Under the pieces are notes generated by a model. That model was not told where the DNA came from. It worked only from the letters and a program-made list of their open reading frames with translations, and did no database searches. Of a DNA stretch of 52,166 nucleotides, positions 44,134-52,166 are shown one piece after another. The DNA is from a virus. Taxonomy: Duplodnaviria > Caudoviricetes. How positions within the stretch are numbered: position 1 is the first letter of the stretch; the number at the start of each line of letters is the position of its first letter. The DNA is taken from positions 1 through 52,166 of IMG/VR virus record IMGVR_UViG_3300018019_000014; one strand, given 5' to 3'. The position numbers and the translations under genes were made by a program.

Positions 44134-46505
44134 TCCTGAACACTCCTGAGCCTACTCTTGGCCATTTCGCCCGCCACGTCCATCGCGTGCCCTTGGGCGT
44201 CGCGGCGCAGTTCGGCCTGGTGCTCCTGTTGCTCCCGGCGCAAGTCAGCCCGGTGTCTGCGCTCCTCTTGCTGCTCTTTCATCTCGAAAGAAACTTGCCT
44301 CTGCGCAGTCCTTTGAGCGTGAGACTGCTGCGCAAGTTTTGCCTTGGTCTGCGCCGTGAGGACAGTCGCGGCGATTTTCGCCCTGTCCTTGGCGTCCACA
44401 CCGCCGCCTTGGCCATTCCCTGCCGCGCTCTGTTGTTGGAATCGCTGAGCGAACCCTTTCAAGAGATTGGTGATCTGCCCGAGCGCCTGTTCGTACTGTC
44501 GAACTTTCGGTGCTTCATCCTTGCTTTTCCCCATCAGTTGTAGGAATGCCCCGACGTGTTGCGCCATGTTCCCCAGGCCGAGAATCTGCTCCCGGGTGCC
44601 AACGCCCCCACTCTGCTGCACCTGCTGGACGATAGCGGTCATGTCCCGCAGCCAGACCTTGATGTAATCCTCATACACCATTTGCGGAGTCGGCGTGAGC
44701 GGCAGGCCCCGCATGAGGCGGTCGGTCGCAAGCTCCGCGTCATGCGCCGACCGGCTGATTGGCTCTTGGCCCTTCACCGGCGCGAGGTCTTCGGCTATCT
44801 GGGCGTTGCCGGTCGTGATCAGGATGCCAGTATGATCGACCTTGCGCTGCGCCTCCGGACCGAGGTTAGCTCGCACTTGGTTGAGATACTGCACGATGGC
44901 CATCTGCACGGTCTTGTTGCCAGCGCCCATCGCGGGCTCGCACTCGACATCCCATCGCTCGACATTGAGGTACTCTGGGGGCACGCCGTCATCGAGGCAG
45001 CCTTTGCGGAACTTCCGGGCTATCGGGTCCGGATTGTTCTTGATGCACAGCCGCCGGCAAATCTCCCTGGCTTTGAAATTTTCATAAGTGCCCGCCATGG
45101 ACACGACCCCGCTGACCAGAGTGTTGACCGAGTTCTCCTCAGCCATGACTTGTGTAGCGGTTTTCTCTTTCTCGCCCCGCACCTGCTGATTGCCGCGGGT
45201 GTACGCGGCCGAGTGGCGCGTTATCAAATCCCGGTTGCGCTGGATTACGAGTTCGATGAAGGCCGGGTTCGGCTCGAATCGTTGGCCGCCCTGAACGAAA
45301 TCCACGCCCGGGGGGATAACCCCCATGTGCATGAAGTTAGCCTTCTTGATGCGATTAAAGTCGTTCTGATTAGCAACGCGGAAAAACCACATGAGGTCGC
45401 TGAACGCCTGCTCAGTGAGCTTGCAATCGAGCCGGTTCTGAATGTCCACGATGCCCCAAATCATCCAGCCTAGGCTGCGCACCGAATGGTACTTGAACGG
45501 CGCCACGCAAGAACAGTCGCCGAAGTTGCAGTGAATGATCTCCTGCCACGAGTTCGCGTATTGCCGCTTGCCACTGGTGTAGAGCCACTTGCTCTCAGTC
45601 TCGTTTGCAACGCGATTGGGCGAGGCCGCCGCCCGCTTCGAGTTCAGGTCCACACTGCGCCCGCTACTCGACCAGTCGAGGAAAATCCGCCGATACCAAC
45701 CCGTGCCGTTCTCGTACTCCCTGAAATAGAAATCCCAATAGTCAACGGTCGGCACGGCGTCGCTCCCCCAGAAACCCTTGTCCTGCTTGATCAACTCCTC
45801 CACGCGCTCGGGCATGAACTGGAACGCCGTGGCATTGGGCTGCTTCTGAGTCTGCTCGGCGGCGTACTTCAACTCGCTCATCACGAGCGGCAGATTCCAG
45901 CCCGGATCGACCTTGGGGCCGTGCGTTTTCGCGTAAAGCTGCGCTGGGGTCATCTCTCGGAAGACGGCGAAGTACTCCAGGTTCTCAAAATCAATGTCCG
46001 TCTCGCTCGGGATCATCAGACTTGAAATCGGGAGCACTTTGGGAATGGGCGAACGCCTGTCCGCCCAAGCAGTCGGCCCGATGCCATGCAACAGTACGCC
46101 CGCGCCGGTTTCGCGCACCTGCGAAATCATGCAGAGACTTCGTTTCAAAGCCCGGTTCAGATGCGTCGTGATCGTCGTGCCCCACTCCTGGCGCTTCCAC
46201 GCCGGCCCCGAGTCCAGACGAACGGTGTACCAGTCGCCAGGGTGTAAAAAGGCGCCAATCCATTGAGTTCTTGCATCAGTAAGATTTCCTGTCCCTTCCA
46301 AGAAGTTCCTGTTCACTTCAATGTTATTTTCCTCCGCCGTGCGACGATCAAAAGGCGTGTCCCCGTTATACGTACGATTCAAGACAAGCCTATCCTCAGA
46401 CCGAGGTAAATCAGCTAACCTCATATCCCAGACACATTGCTCAGTTTTTTCAACTGTGTCGAATTTGAGAACCTGGTCGGTGGACTTTTTTGTCGTGGCA
46501 GCCAT
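44130..46505 (-). CDS. Portal protein
   Basis: 791 aa; EKEKTATQV motif; C-terminal Gln-rich coiled-coil barrel as in P22-like portals; synteny. Confidence 0.75.
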   Translation of the reverse strand: MAATTKKSTDQVLKFDTVEKTEQCVWDMRLADLPRSEDRLVLNRTYNGDTPFDRRTAEENNIEVNRNFLEGTGNLTDARTQWIGAFLHPGDWYTVRLDSGPAWKRQEWGTTITTHLNRALKRSLCMISQVRETGAGVLLHGIGPTAWADRRSPIPKVLPISSLMIPSETDIDFENLEYFAVFREMTPAQLYAKTHGPKVDPGWNLPLVMSELKYAAEQTQKQPNATAFQFMPERVEELIKQDKGFWGSDAVPTVDYWDFYFREYENGTGWYRRIFLDWSSSGRSVDLNSKRAAASPNRVANETESKWLYTSGKRQYANSWQEIIHCNFGDCSCVAPFKYHSVRSLGWMIWGIVDIQNRLDCKLTEQAFSDLMWFFRVANQNDFNRIKKANFMHMGVIPPGVDFVQGGQRFEPNPAFIELVIQRNRDLITRHSAAYTRGNQQVRGEKEKTATQVMAEENSVNTLVSGVVSMAGTYENFKAREICRRLCIKNNPDPIARKFRKGCLDDGVPPEYLNVERWDVECEPAMGAGNKTVQMAIVQYLNQVRANLGPEAQRKVDHTGILITTGNAQIAEDLAPVKGQEPISRSAHDAELATDRLMRGLPLTPTPQMVYEDYIKVWLRDMTAIVQQVQQSGGVGTREQILGLGNMAQHVGAFLQLMGKSKDEAPKVRQYEQALGQITNLLKGFAQRFQQQSAAGNGQGGGVDAKDRAKIAATVLTAQTKAKLAQQSHAQRTAQRQVSFEMKEQQEERRHRADLRREQQEHQAELRRDAQGHAMDVAGEMAKSRLRSVQE

Positions 46506-46644
46506 AAGACGCTTTTACGCTTGTTGCGGGGAAGAGTCAAGGTCAAACCCGTCTCACGCGGGTTGCGCGTGCCTGCCCAATGACGGAAGGCAGATGGTCG
46601 GTGGCTAGTGGCCATTGAATTTGTCTCATAATTCAGGTGAAATG

Positions 46645-47916
46645 TCAAACGATTTCCAACTCCGGGATCGGAAAGATGAACTTCACGCCCTTGGAGCGGG
46701 CGAACTGGTTTTTCTCGAGTACCTCGGCCCGGAAGTTCCAACAAAAAACCAGGACGTAGTCGGGCAACTCGCGCAGGATGGCGCCTTCGTCAACGACGGG
46801 GATGTCAGTGCCGGGCACCGTCGTGCGCTGTTTGCCCGGAGTCGAGTCGGCGACCCAAGCAATGTCTTTGCGCGTAAAACCGCAGGCGTTGATCCAGACA
46901 GTTGACTTTGCGGACGCGCCCAAGGCAGCGACGGTTTTGCCGGTGCGGCCAAACTCAAGCACGGTCTCAGTCAATTCGCGCCTGAGCAACTTGCATCGTT
47001 GGTCGAACTCAAGCCACTTGGCGAGATCGACATCTTCTTTCTGGCGGAACTCAGCCACGCTCGGATGGACAAAGTGGCCGCAATCGTTCCGTTCAATCAT
47101 GAGCACCATCGCCCCGCCGTGAATCGTGTAGTGGATCACCCGATGCAAGTGCAAGCCAGTCGTCTTCAAGACCGCCTCGATGGCTCTGATGGACAAGTAG
47201 CTCAGATGCTCGTGATAAATCTGGTCGAAGGAGTTGCTGTCGAGGATGTCCTGGACCCAGGGGTTCTCGATGCAGACAAGGGTTTGTGGGCCGCAGAGGA
47301 CTCCGATGCCGGCGAAGAAATCGTGCCAGTCGTCAACGTGGCAGAGGACGTGGCGGGCGAGGATAAGGTCAAAAGGCTCATTGTTCAAGTAACCGGGCTT
47401 CGCAAGAGCCTCTGCCAATTCCTTTCTGAAAAATCCGCTAAACGTCCGCACTCCGGCCTTGCGGCCAACATCCGCCAAATTTTGAGCCGGCTCAATCCCC
47501 CACACACGTTCGATTCCACATTCCCTCTTGATCCAATTCAGCAGCGTGCCATCGTTGCTGCCGATTTCCAGAACGGACTTGATGGCCCGGCCTTGGGAGA
47601 TGTCGGCCCAAAGCGCCGCGAAGTGCGCCTTCATCATCTGGCTCTGGCTGGTGACGTAGAAATACTGACTGTAGAGAATGTCGGGCCGAACCACGATGGA
47701 CAGTTGCGCTAACCCACACTGAGGGCAGAGTAGCACTTCGAGCGGCGCGTATCCGGCCCGCTCATCGCCGGGCTTGCGCCAGTCATTTGCGAGCGGCTGG
47801 ACGCCCAGGCTAAAGACGGGTTCGAGGCGGCTCTCTTTGGAATCAGCTTTGATGCCAGGGGCGCTGGTGGGTTTGGCGTAGTCGCACGCGCGGCAGTGGG
47901 TATGGAAGGTGTACAT
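46645..47916 (-). CDS. NDP-hexose C-methyltransferase
   Basis: CRAC...LG.QPLAN, C.QCGLAQL, EIGSNDG, FDQIYHEH, HGG, GASAK, PGTDIP, WNF..E. Confidence 0.9.
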   Translation of the reverse strand: MYTFHTHCRACDYAKPTSAPGIKADSKESRLEPVFSLGVQPLANDWRKPGDERAGYAPLEVLLCPQCGLAQLSIVVRPDILYSQYFYVTSQSQMMKAHFAALWADISQGRAIKSVLEIGSNDGTLLNWIKRECGIERVWGIEPAQNLADVGRKAGVRTFSGFFRKELAEALAKPGYLNNEPFDLILARHVLCHVDDWHDFFAGIGVLCGPQTLVCIENPWVQDILDSNSFDQIYHEHLSYLSIRAIEAVLKTTGLHLHRVIHYTIHGGAMVLMIERNDCGHFVHPSVAEFRQKEDVDLAKWLEFDQRCKLLRRELTETVLEFGRTGKTVAALGASAKSTVWINACGFTRKDIAWVADSTPGKQRTTVPGTDIPVVDEGAILRELPDYVLVFCWNFRAEVLEKNQFARSKGVKFIFPIPELEIV

Positions 47917-47919
47917 AGG

Positions 47920-49017
47920 TTATGGAGTTGGCGGAGCAACGACGTGATAATAAAGATTGAGTCGGTAACGAAGGCATTCGAGGCAAATCGGGTGTCCCCG
48001 GCGGGCGTTGCTCAACTGCTCCTGGGTGAGATCCAGGAAGCTGCCGAGCACCAGGCGCTGGTCCGACACGCAGCCACAGAGCGAGGTCTGGCCGTCGTGC
48101 CGGATGAAAGTAAAGATGTCTCCGGCCGGGCAGACCTCCTGAACCGGGAACTTTGCATATCTCCCCACCGCGTCTTGAGGGGGAACAATCAGCCGCTCGA
48201 TGTTCTTTGAGAACGCTTCGGTTGGCGGAGGCAGCAGCTTTTCCCAGTCCTCGCCATTCGGTCCGAGCACAAAAGGGGGCACTGTTCCCGTTCGCTCTTT
48301 TTCCAGCGCCCGCAGATATTGAATCGTGTTTTCCATGCTGATCGCTCGCGCGTAAGAATAGATGAACTGGAATCCCAGTTGCGCCGTGAACTCCTTCATC
48401 TGCTCAAACTCCGCGCCGATGGTATCTTTGTACATGTGGTAGTGGACCATTACATGCGGCGGCTTTGGGCACCTGGGAAGCGCGGCAGCCAGAACCTTGA
48501 GCCCGGTCTTGACCGTTTCGAGATCGCCTCCCAAATGCGATTTACCGTAGGTATCCTGAGTGAAACCCGAGACGCTGATCAGCAGGCTGTCCAGCCCGGA
48601 CGCCAGAACCTCGTCGAGGCGCTGGAGGTGGTTGAAGTTCGACGCCATCTCGCAACGCAAGCCCCGCTGTTTTATCGCGCTGATGGCTTCCGGCAGTTTA
48701 GGATGCAGGAACGGTTCTGAGTTGCCGTACGGCAGAACGACGGCGGCGGGGTTCTCAGACTTGATCTTGTCCAGGATCTTTCCCAGCAGATTCATGTCCA
48801 TGATCGCGTTTCCCCTGGTGTAGTCGTACCCCTCCTTGTTGCCTGCCGCGCAGAGGACACAACGTAGGTTGCAACCGCTGTTGATCTCGATGAAGTAGCG
48901 CCAGGCCCGAGTCTTCCAGACATCGGCGGGGATAGGCCCCCCGCACTCGGTGTACGGTCGCATCGCTTCTGCGTAAGCGGCGATCAGCGAACTTCCGTCA
49001 TCGGGTTTTTCGTTCAT
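47920..49017 (-). CDS. Radical SAM protein with twitch/SPASM-like C-terminus
   Basis: CNLRCVLC, EPFLHP, C-terminal C...IRHDG...LC.C...C..C. Confidence 0.88.
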   Translation of the reverse strand: MNEKPDDGSSLIAAYAEAMRPYTECGGPIPADVWKTRAWRYFIEINSGCNLRCVLCAAGNKEGYDYTRGNAIMDMNLLGKILDKIKSENPAAVVLPYGNSEPFLHPKLPEAISAIKQRGLRCEMASNFNHLQRLDEVLASGLDSLLISVSGFTQDTYGKSHLGGDLETVKTGLKVLAAALPRCPKPPHVMVHYHMYKDTIGAEFEQMKEFTAQLGFQFIYSYARAISMENTIQYLRALEKERTGTVPPFVLGPNGEDWEKLLPPPTEAFSKNIERLIVPPQDAVGRYAKFPVQEVCPAGDIFTFIRHDGQTSLCGCVSDQRLVLGSFLDLTQEQLSNARRGHPICLECLRYRLNLYYHVVAPPTP

Positions 49018-49709
49018 GGCGTGCAGGTTGCGATTTTGCTCGGATTCCATCCGGGATGGTAGTCCATGACCTTCGGAAGTCGAGGACCATTCCCGAGCCA
49101 GACTTCGGCTTCGTAACGGCTTTCTGGGGAATCAAGGCCGGAAGTCTTGATGCGCTCGCGCTCCATGATGGACGGCAAGCTCAGCAGATAGGAGGCCCTG
49201 GCCCACCACCAATTGCCAGCCATGATGTGCTGGCCGGGAGGCGTTGCTGGCGGCTCCATGTAGTGAACCCCGGCGACATTGAATCCCTGGTCGAGAGCAG
49301 CCACGCATTGCCGCCAGTTCTTGATGACATGCTTTGCCATACAGGCCCGCCAGCGTTCACTGAGAGAGTGGCCCGGCGGGTGCGTTGCGCCTTTGGCATG
49401 GTGGTAACAGACCAACCAGTCCTGGTGTCCCGGCAGCCATTTTTCCAGCATCAGGATCGTCCGATTTTCTGTGTGGCAGGTGAGGCCATGCAGGGTGATC
49501 TGCGCCTTGGCCGGCAGAATAAGCCGGGCGACTTGCAGGGTTTCCTCGCCGCCGTTCAACCCCACGTGAAATTCAGCCGCCGCGCCGAGTAGCCCCGAGT
49601 CCCGAAGTTGCCACATTTGGCTGATGATGATGGCGAGCGCGTTTTCCAGCAGGTTCTCGGGGCTATCGAGGAAAAAGAGGCCGTGCCAGAATATCGCTAT
49701 GGGTTTCAT
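49014..49709 (-). CDS. Glycosyltransferase-like protein (YxHxKG...GNxWWA family)
   Basis: YHHAKG, WR..M....W..C...L, GNWWWA..SY, R...E.W.G. Confidence 0.55.
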   Translation of the reverse strand: MKPIAIFWHGLFFLDSPENLLENALAIIISQMWQLRDSGLLGAAAEFHVGLNGGEETLQVARLILPAKAQITLHGLTCHTENRTILMLEKWLPGHQDWLVCYHHAKGATHPPGHSLSERWRACMAKHVIKNWRQCVAALDQGFNVAGVHYMEPPATPPGQHIMAGNWWWARASYLLSLPSIMERERIKTSGLDSPESRYEAEVWLGNGPRLPKVMDYHPGWNPSKIATCTP

Positions 49710-50386
49710 CGGCGGCGGGGATAGTAGGGATATTCGCACATTCTGTCTCCAGCCAAAAGAGCGGACTGGTTTCCACGTCCGTAACCTTGACTGTCGGAAT
49801 CCCAATCCTCCCACAGGAGATCCCGGGTCCACGTCACGACCCACGATTTGAGGCCCCGGCTTTTGACCCAACTCGTGAAGCATGTCGGTCCATGCTCAAA
49901 AGGATGCCTGTCCTCTGGCCGAGAAACGAGCCGGGGATATTCACGGAATAGCGCCGGGGGCATCCAGAAGGCCGTAGTGCGGATGTGCGGCCAGACCTTG
50001 ACACGCGGGTCGCCTCGGTTGCCCATCGCGCCATACTGCGCAAGGCCGTGTTTCTGCATCGCGGTCATCATCCGCACCAGCCAGCCCTCACCGTTGAAGT
50101 ACGTGGACGCCCCGAAAAACACGATCAGATCGGTATCACACTCACGGGCGGCGTGCTGGAACGCGCCGATGTCATACCCGCTGTTATCGTGCTCAAGGAA
50201 CCGGAGGCGGGGGAGCGAGGCGAAGAGGCACTGGGTTTCCGCGTTCTCTCGGCAACCGTTGAGGACAACAACGGTGTCGTGTTGCACCGCGGGCGGGAAG
50301 CGGTGATAGGAGTCCAGGAAGCGCAGGGCATAATGCTCGTACTGCGGGGCGCAGACCGGATAGACATAGACGACGGTGGCAGTCAT
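49706..50386 (-). CDS. RgpF-like glycosyltransferase, paralogue 2
   Basis: DNSGYDIGAF, GWL, HIRTTAF, FEHG. Confidence 0.6.
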   Translation of the reverse strand: MTATVVYVYPVCAPQYEHYALRFLDSYHRFPPAVQHDTVVVLNGCRENAETQCLFASLPRLRFLEHDNSGYDIGAFQHAARECDTDLIVFFGASTYFNGEGWLVRMMTAMQKHGLAQYGAMGNRGDPRVKVWPHIRTTAFWMPPALFREYPRLVSRPEDRHPFEHGPTCFTSWVKSRGLKSWVVTWTRDLLWEDWDSDSQGYGRGNQSALLAGDRMCEYPYYPRRR

Positions 50387-51192
50387 ACTCCGCACATCCC
50401 CTCGCACTCGGCATTGAACAGATTACCCTGCCCGCGTTCTTCCTCAGTGCGAAAATCAACCTCCGATAGCGGTTTGCCAGAGCGATGTAAAAAGGGCACG
50501 CCTCGAAAGCCGGTCGTAGATGTTATCGCCTTTTGCAGTCTGGCCTCATAGGCAACTGCCCGGCCAAATTCCTCTGGTTCTTTTATCTTGAGTCGTCGCC
50601 ATTCGGCGTTCGAGTGGTACGGGCAAAAAACACAGGCTGACCTGGGCGGCACGGGATGACCTCGTTCGCGCATCCATGCGAGGCAAGCCGCCCTGGTAAT
50701 GCCGGCGTCAATCAAAGGCCAACGGTGGACAATCCCTTTTTCTCTACTCTCCTTCATCCGCCAAACTTCATCGGCAGAAATCCCAATCCAGAATACTACC
50801 TCCCGATCCTTCCCGCGTAATTCTTTGGCTTTGCGAATGAGCGGTCTGAGTTTGGCGTCCCGAGTACATTGACGCATGAGCGGGCCTTGGCACTTTCCAT
50901 CTTTCCACATGAAAGCGGGCGGCGCGAGGCGTGTCCAAGTCTTGCCATTGGAGGATGTAAAAACGGTTGTGGATTCCTCTTCCAGGCTGCCGCGAGTCAC
51001 CCGATGCACCGGAAACGGTAGTTGCTTTTCCAGCCAGTCCAACCAGACATAAACTGACTTTGGCTCGGCTTGCGTGTCGGCGAAGATTGCCGCAGTCGGC
51101 ATCGGTATTATCTCGCCAGCAGCAGCCATGAGAGACATGGTGCTAGACTGGACACCGGCTCCGAGGCTGATGATATGGATTGGCTCATTCAT
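50383..51192 (-). CDS. PAPS-reductase-family (PP-loop) protein
   Basis: ISLGAGVQSS, FADT..EP, CT...K, GISADE, PLID, RSACVFCPY. Confidence 0.8.
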   Translation of the reverse strand: MNEPIHIISLGAGVQSSTMSLMAAAGEIIPMPTAAIFADTQAEPKSVYVWLDWLEKQLPFPVHRVTRGSLEEESTTVFTSSNGKTWTRLAPPAFMWKDGKCQGPLMRQCTRDAKLRPLIRKAKELRGKDREVVFWIGISADEVWRMKESREKGIVHRWPLIDAGITRAACLAWMRERGHPVPPRSACVFCPYHSNAEWRRLKIKEPEEFGRAVAYEARLQKAITSTTGFRGVPFLHRSGKPLSEVDFRTEEERGQGNLFNAECEGMCGV

Positions 51193-51902
51193 TGGAACGG
51201 CGCATCAGCCCACCGGCTCCACTTGCCTTTGATGTCGGGCCGGGCCTGCTCCCAGCGTTCGCAGTGGTTACAGCGAATCAAACAGTTACTCTGATTGCCT
51301 TTCCAGAGGATGTTCGGCGGCGTCCGCCAGGCTCGGGGATGCCAGTCGCCATCCCACGTCACCAGGCGCACGGCGAAACCCCGAGCCTGCACGAATCGCC
51401 AGAAGGCATTACGGCCGTGTTCCCAGGCGTACCGGGTTTTCTTGTCATGGGGACGAAAGGGGGACTGGCGCAGCAAAGCAGGCGAGCAGCAAAAGCCCGT
51501 GGTATTGATGTGCGCCCGCACGACGTTGCTGGCGAAGGCGCCGTACATCCCCGGCCCGTGCTTCTCCCACGCCTCGACAAACCGCTTGAGCCAGCCGGCC
51601 CGGTGGAAGTGGACCGACTCACCGAAGCAGAGCATCATGTCGTAGGCAGCGCAGGGGCCGGCGGCGGCGTCAATGTAGGCGCTGATGTCGTACCCAGGGT
51701 CGTTCTTTCTGACCCAAAAGCGAGCCGTGAGATCGGCAAACAGCAGGCCCACTTCGCTTTTCAGCGGCCCGCCCTGGCAAATAACCAGCGTGTCGTGCGG
51801 GACGCCCGGCGGGAAGGCATGGTACGTCGAGACAAAGCGCGCGGCGAGGTCGGCTGTCTTGGGGCCGTTGGCTAAAGCGATGTATGCCAGGACGATCCTC
51901 AT
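51189..51902 (-). CDS. RgpF-like glycosyltransferase, paralogue 1
   Basis: NDPGYDISAY, GWL, HINTTGF, WEHG, VTW, GNQS shared with 49706..50386. Confidence 0.6.
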   Translation of the reverse strand: MRIVLAYIALANGPKTADLAARFVSTYHAFPPGVPHDTLVICQGGPLKSEVGLLFADLTARFWVRKNDPGYDISAYIDAAAGPCAAYDMMLCFGESVHFHRAGWLKRFVEAWEKHGPGMYGAFASNVVRAHINTTGFCCSPALLRQSPFRPHDKKTRYAWEHGRNAFWRFVQARGFAVRLVTWDGDWHPRAWRTPPNILWKGNQSNCLIRCNHCERWEQARPDIKGKWSRWADAPFQ

Positions 51903-52166
51903 TGGTCGCGGCGAGTTATCCAGCAGTGGGAAGGCAGTTCGGCCATGACTTCCGGTTTGGTCTTTTGAACGATGTGGTCCAACCCCACGAAGACCTTCAG
52001 GGGGAGCTTGCACTTACACACGGCGCACGATTTCAGTTTGTCTCCTTGCGATGTTTCAAACGCGAAGCTACTGCCTTTGAGTGTCTGCCACGCTTTCACC
52101 GCAGCACGGATCACTTCGGCGGGCGCCTCAGTGTACCACGATCCAGTTTCGTTGAGAGGGCAAGCG
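51899..52166 (-). CDS. C-terminal part of the junction-spanning Cys-motif protein (starts at 554)
   Basis: In frame across the terminal repeat; stop overlaps the ATG at 51902. Confidence 0.8.
   Translation of the reverse strand, partial: ACPLNETGSWYTEAPAEVIRAAVKAWQTLKGSSFAFETSQGDKLKSCAVCKCKLPLKVFVGLDHIVQKTKPEVMAELPSHCWITRRDQ
52044..52166. repeat. Terminal direct repeat (right copy)
   Basis: Identical to 1-123. Confidence 0.97.

Noticed and set aside
1-52166. Stop-codon reassignment, diversity-generating retroelement, introns or inteins
   Set aside because: Genes tile densely in the standard code; no reverse transcriptase, adenine-variable repeat pair or interrupted core gene seen

Overview
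The window is a complete circular (or circularly permuted) tailed-phage genome of about 52,043 bp. Bases 1-123 are repeated exactly at 52044-52166, and one gene reads across that junction. The minus strand carries a podovirus-like late module: terminase large subunit, a sugar-modification cluster (three glycosyltransferase-like genes, PAPS-reductase-like gene, radical SAM, NDP-hexose C-methyltransferase), portal, ATP-grasp ligase, scaffold, GroES, HNH, major capsid, Cys-rich and signal-peptide-bearing proteins, holin/lipoprotein candidates, tail proteins, Thr/Pro-rich proteins and an 1880-aa polyvalent protein with ART and ParB-like domains. The plus strand carries small early genes, a recombination module, a DnaC-like ATPase, MazG and two DNA methyltransferases. 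I recognised no integrase, replicative polymerase, helicase or endolysin. The host is tentatively Verrucomicrobiota, inferred only from protein style. The strongest leads are two solitary type I-C-like CRISPR repeats in the late operon (one followed by a 32-nt spacer-like segment and terminator), the candidate virion-glycosylation cluster, a ~400-nt structured non-coding region with its own promoter, a dif-like XerCD site at a GC-skew switch, and a synonymously recoded duplicate of the DnaC C-terminus. All calls come from motif recognition by eye; no searches were run.
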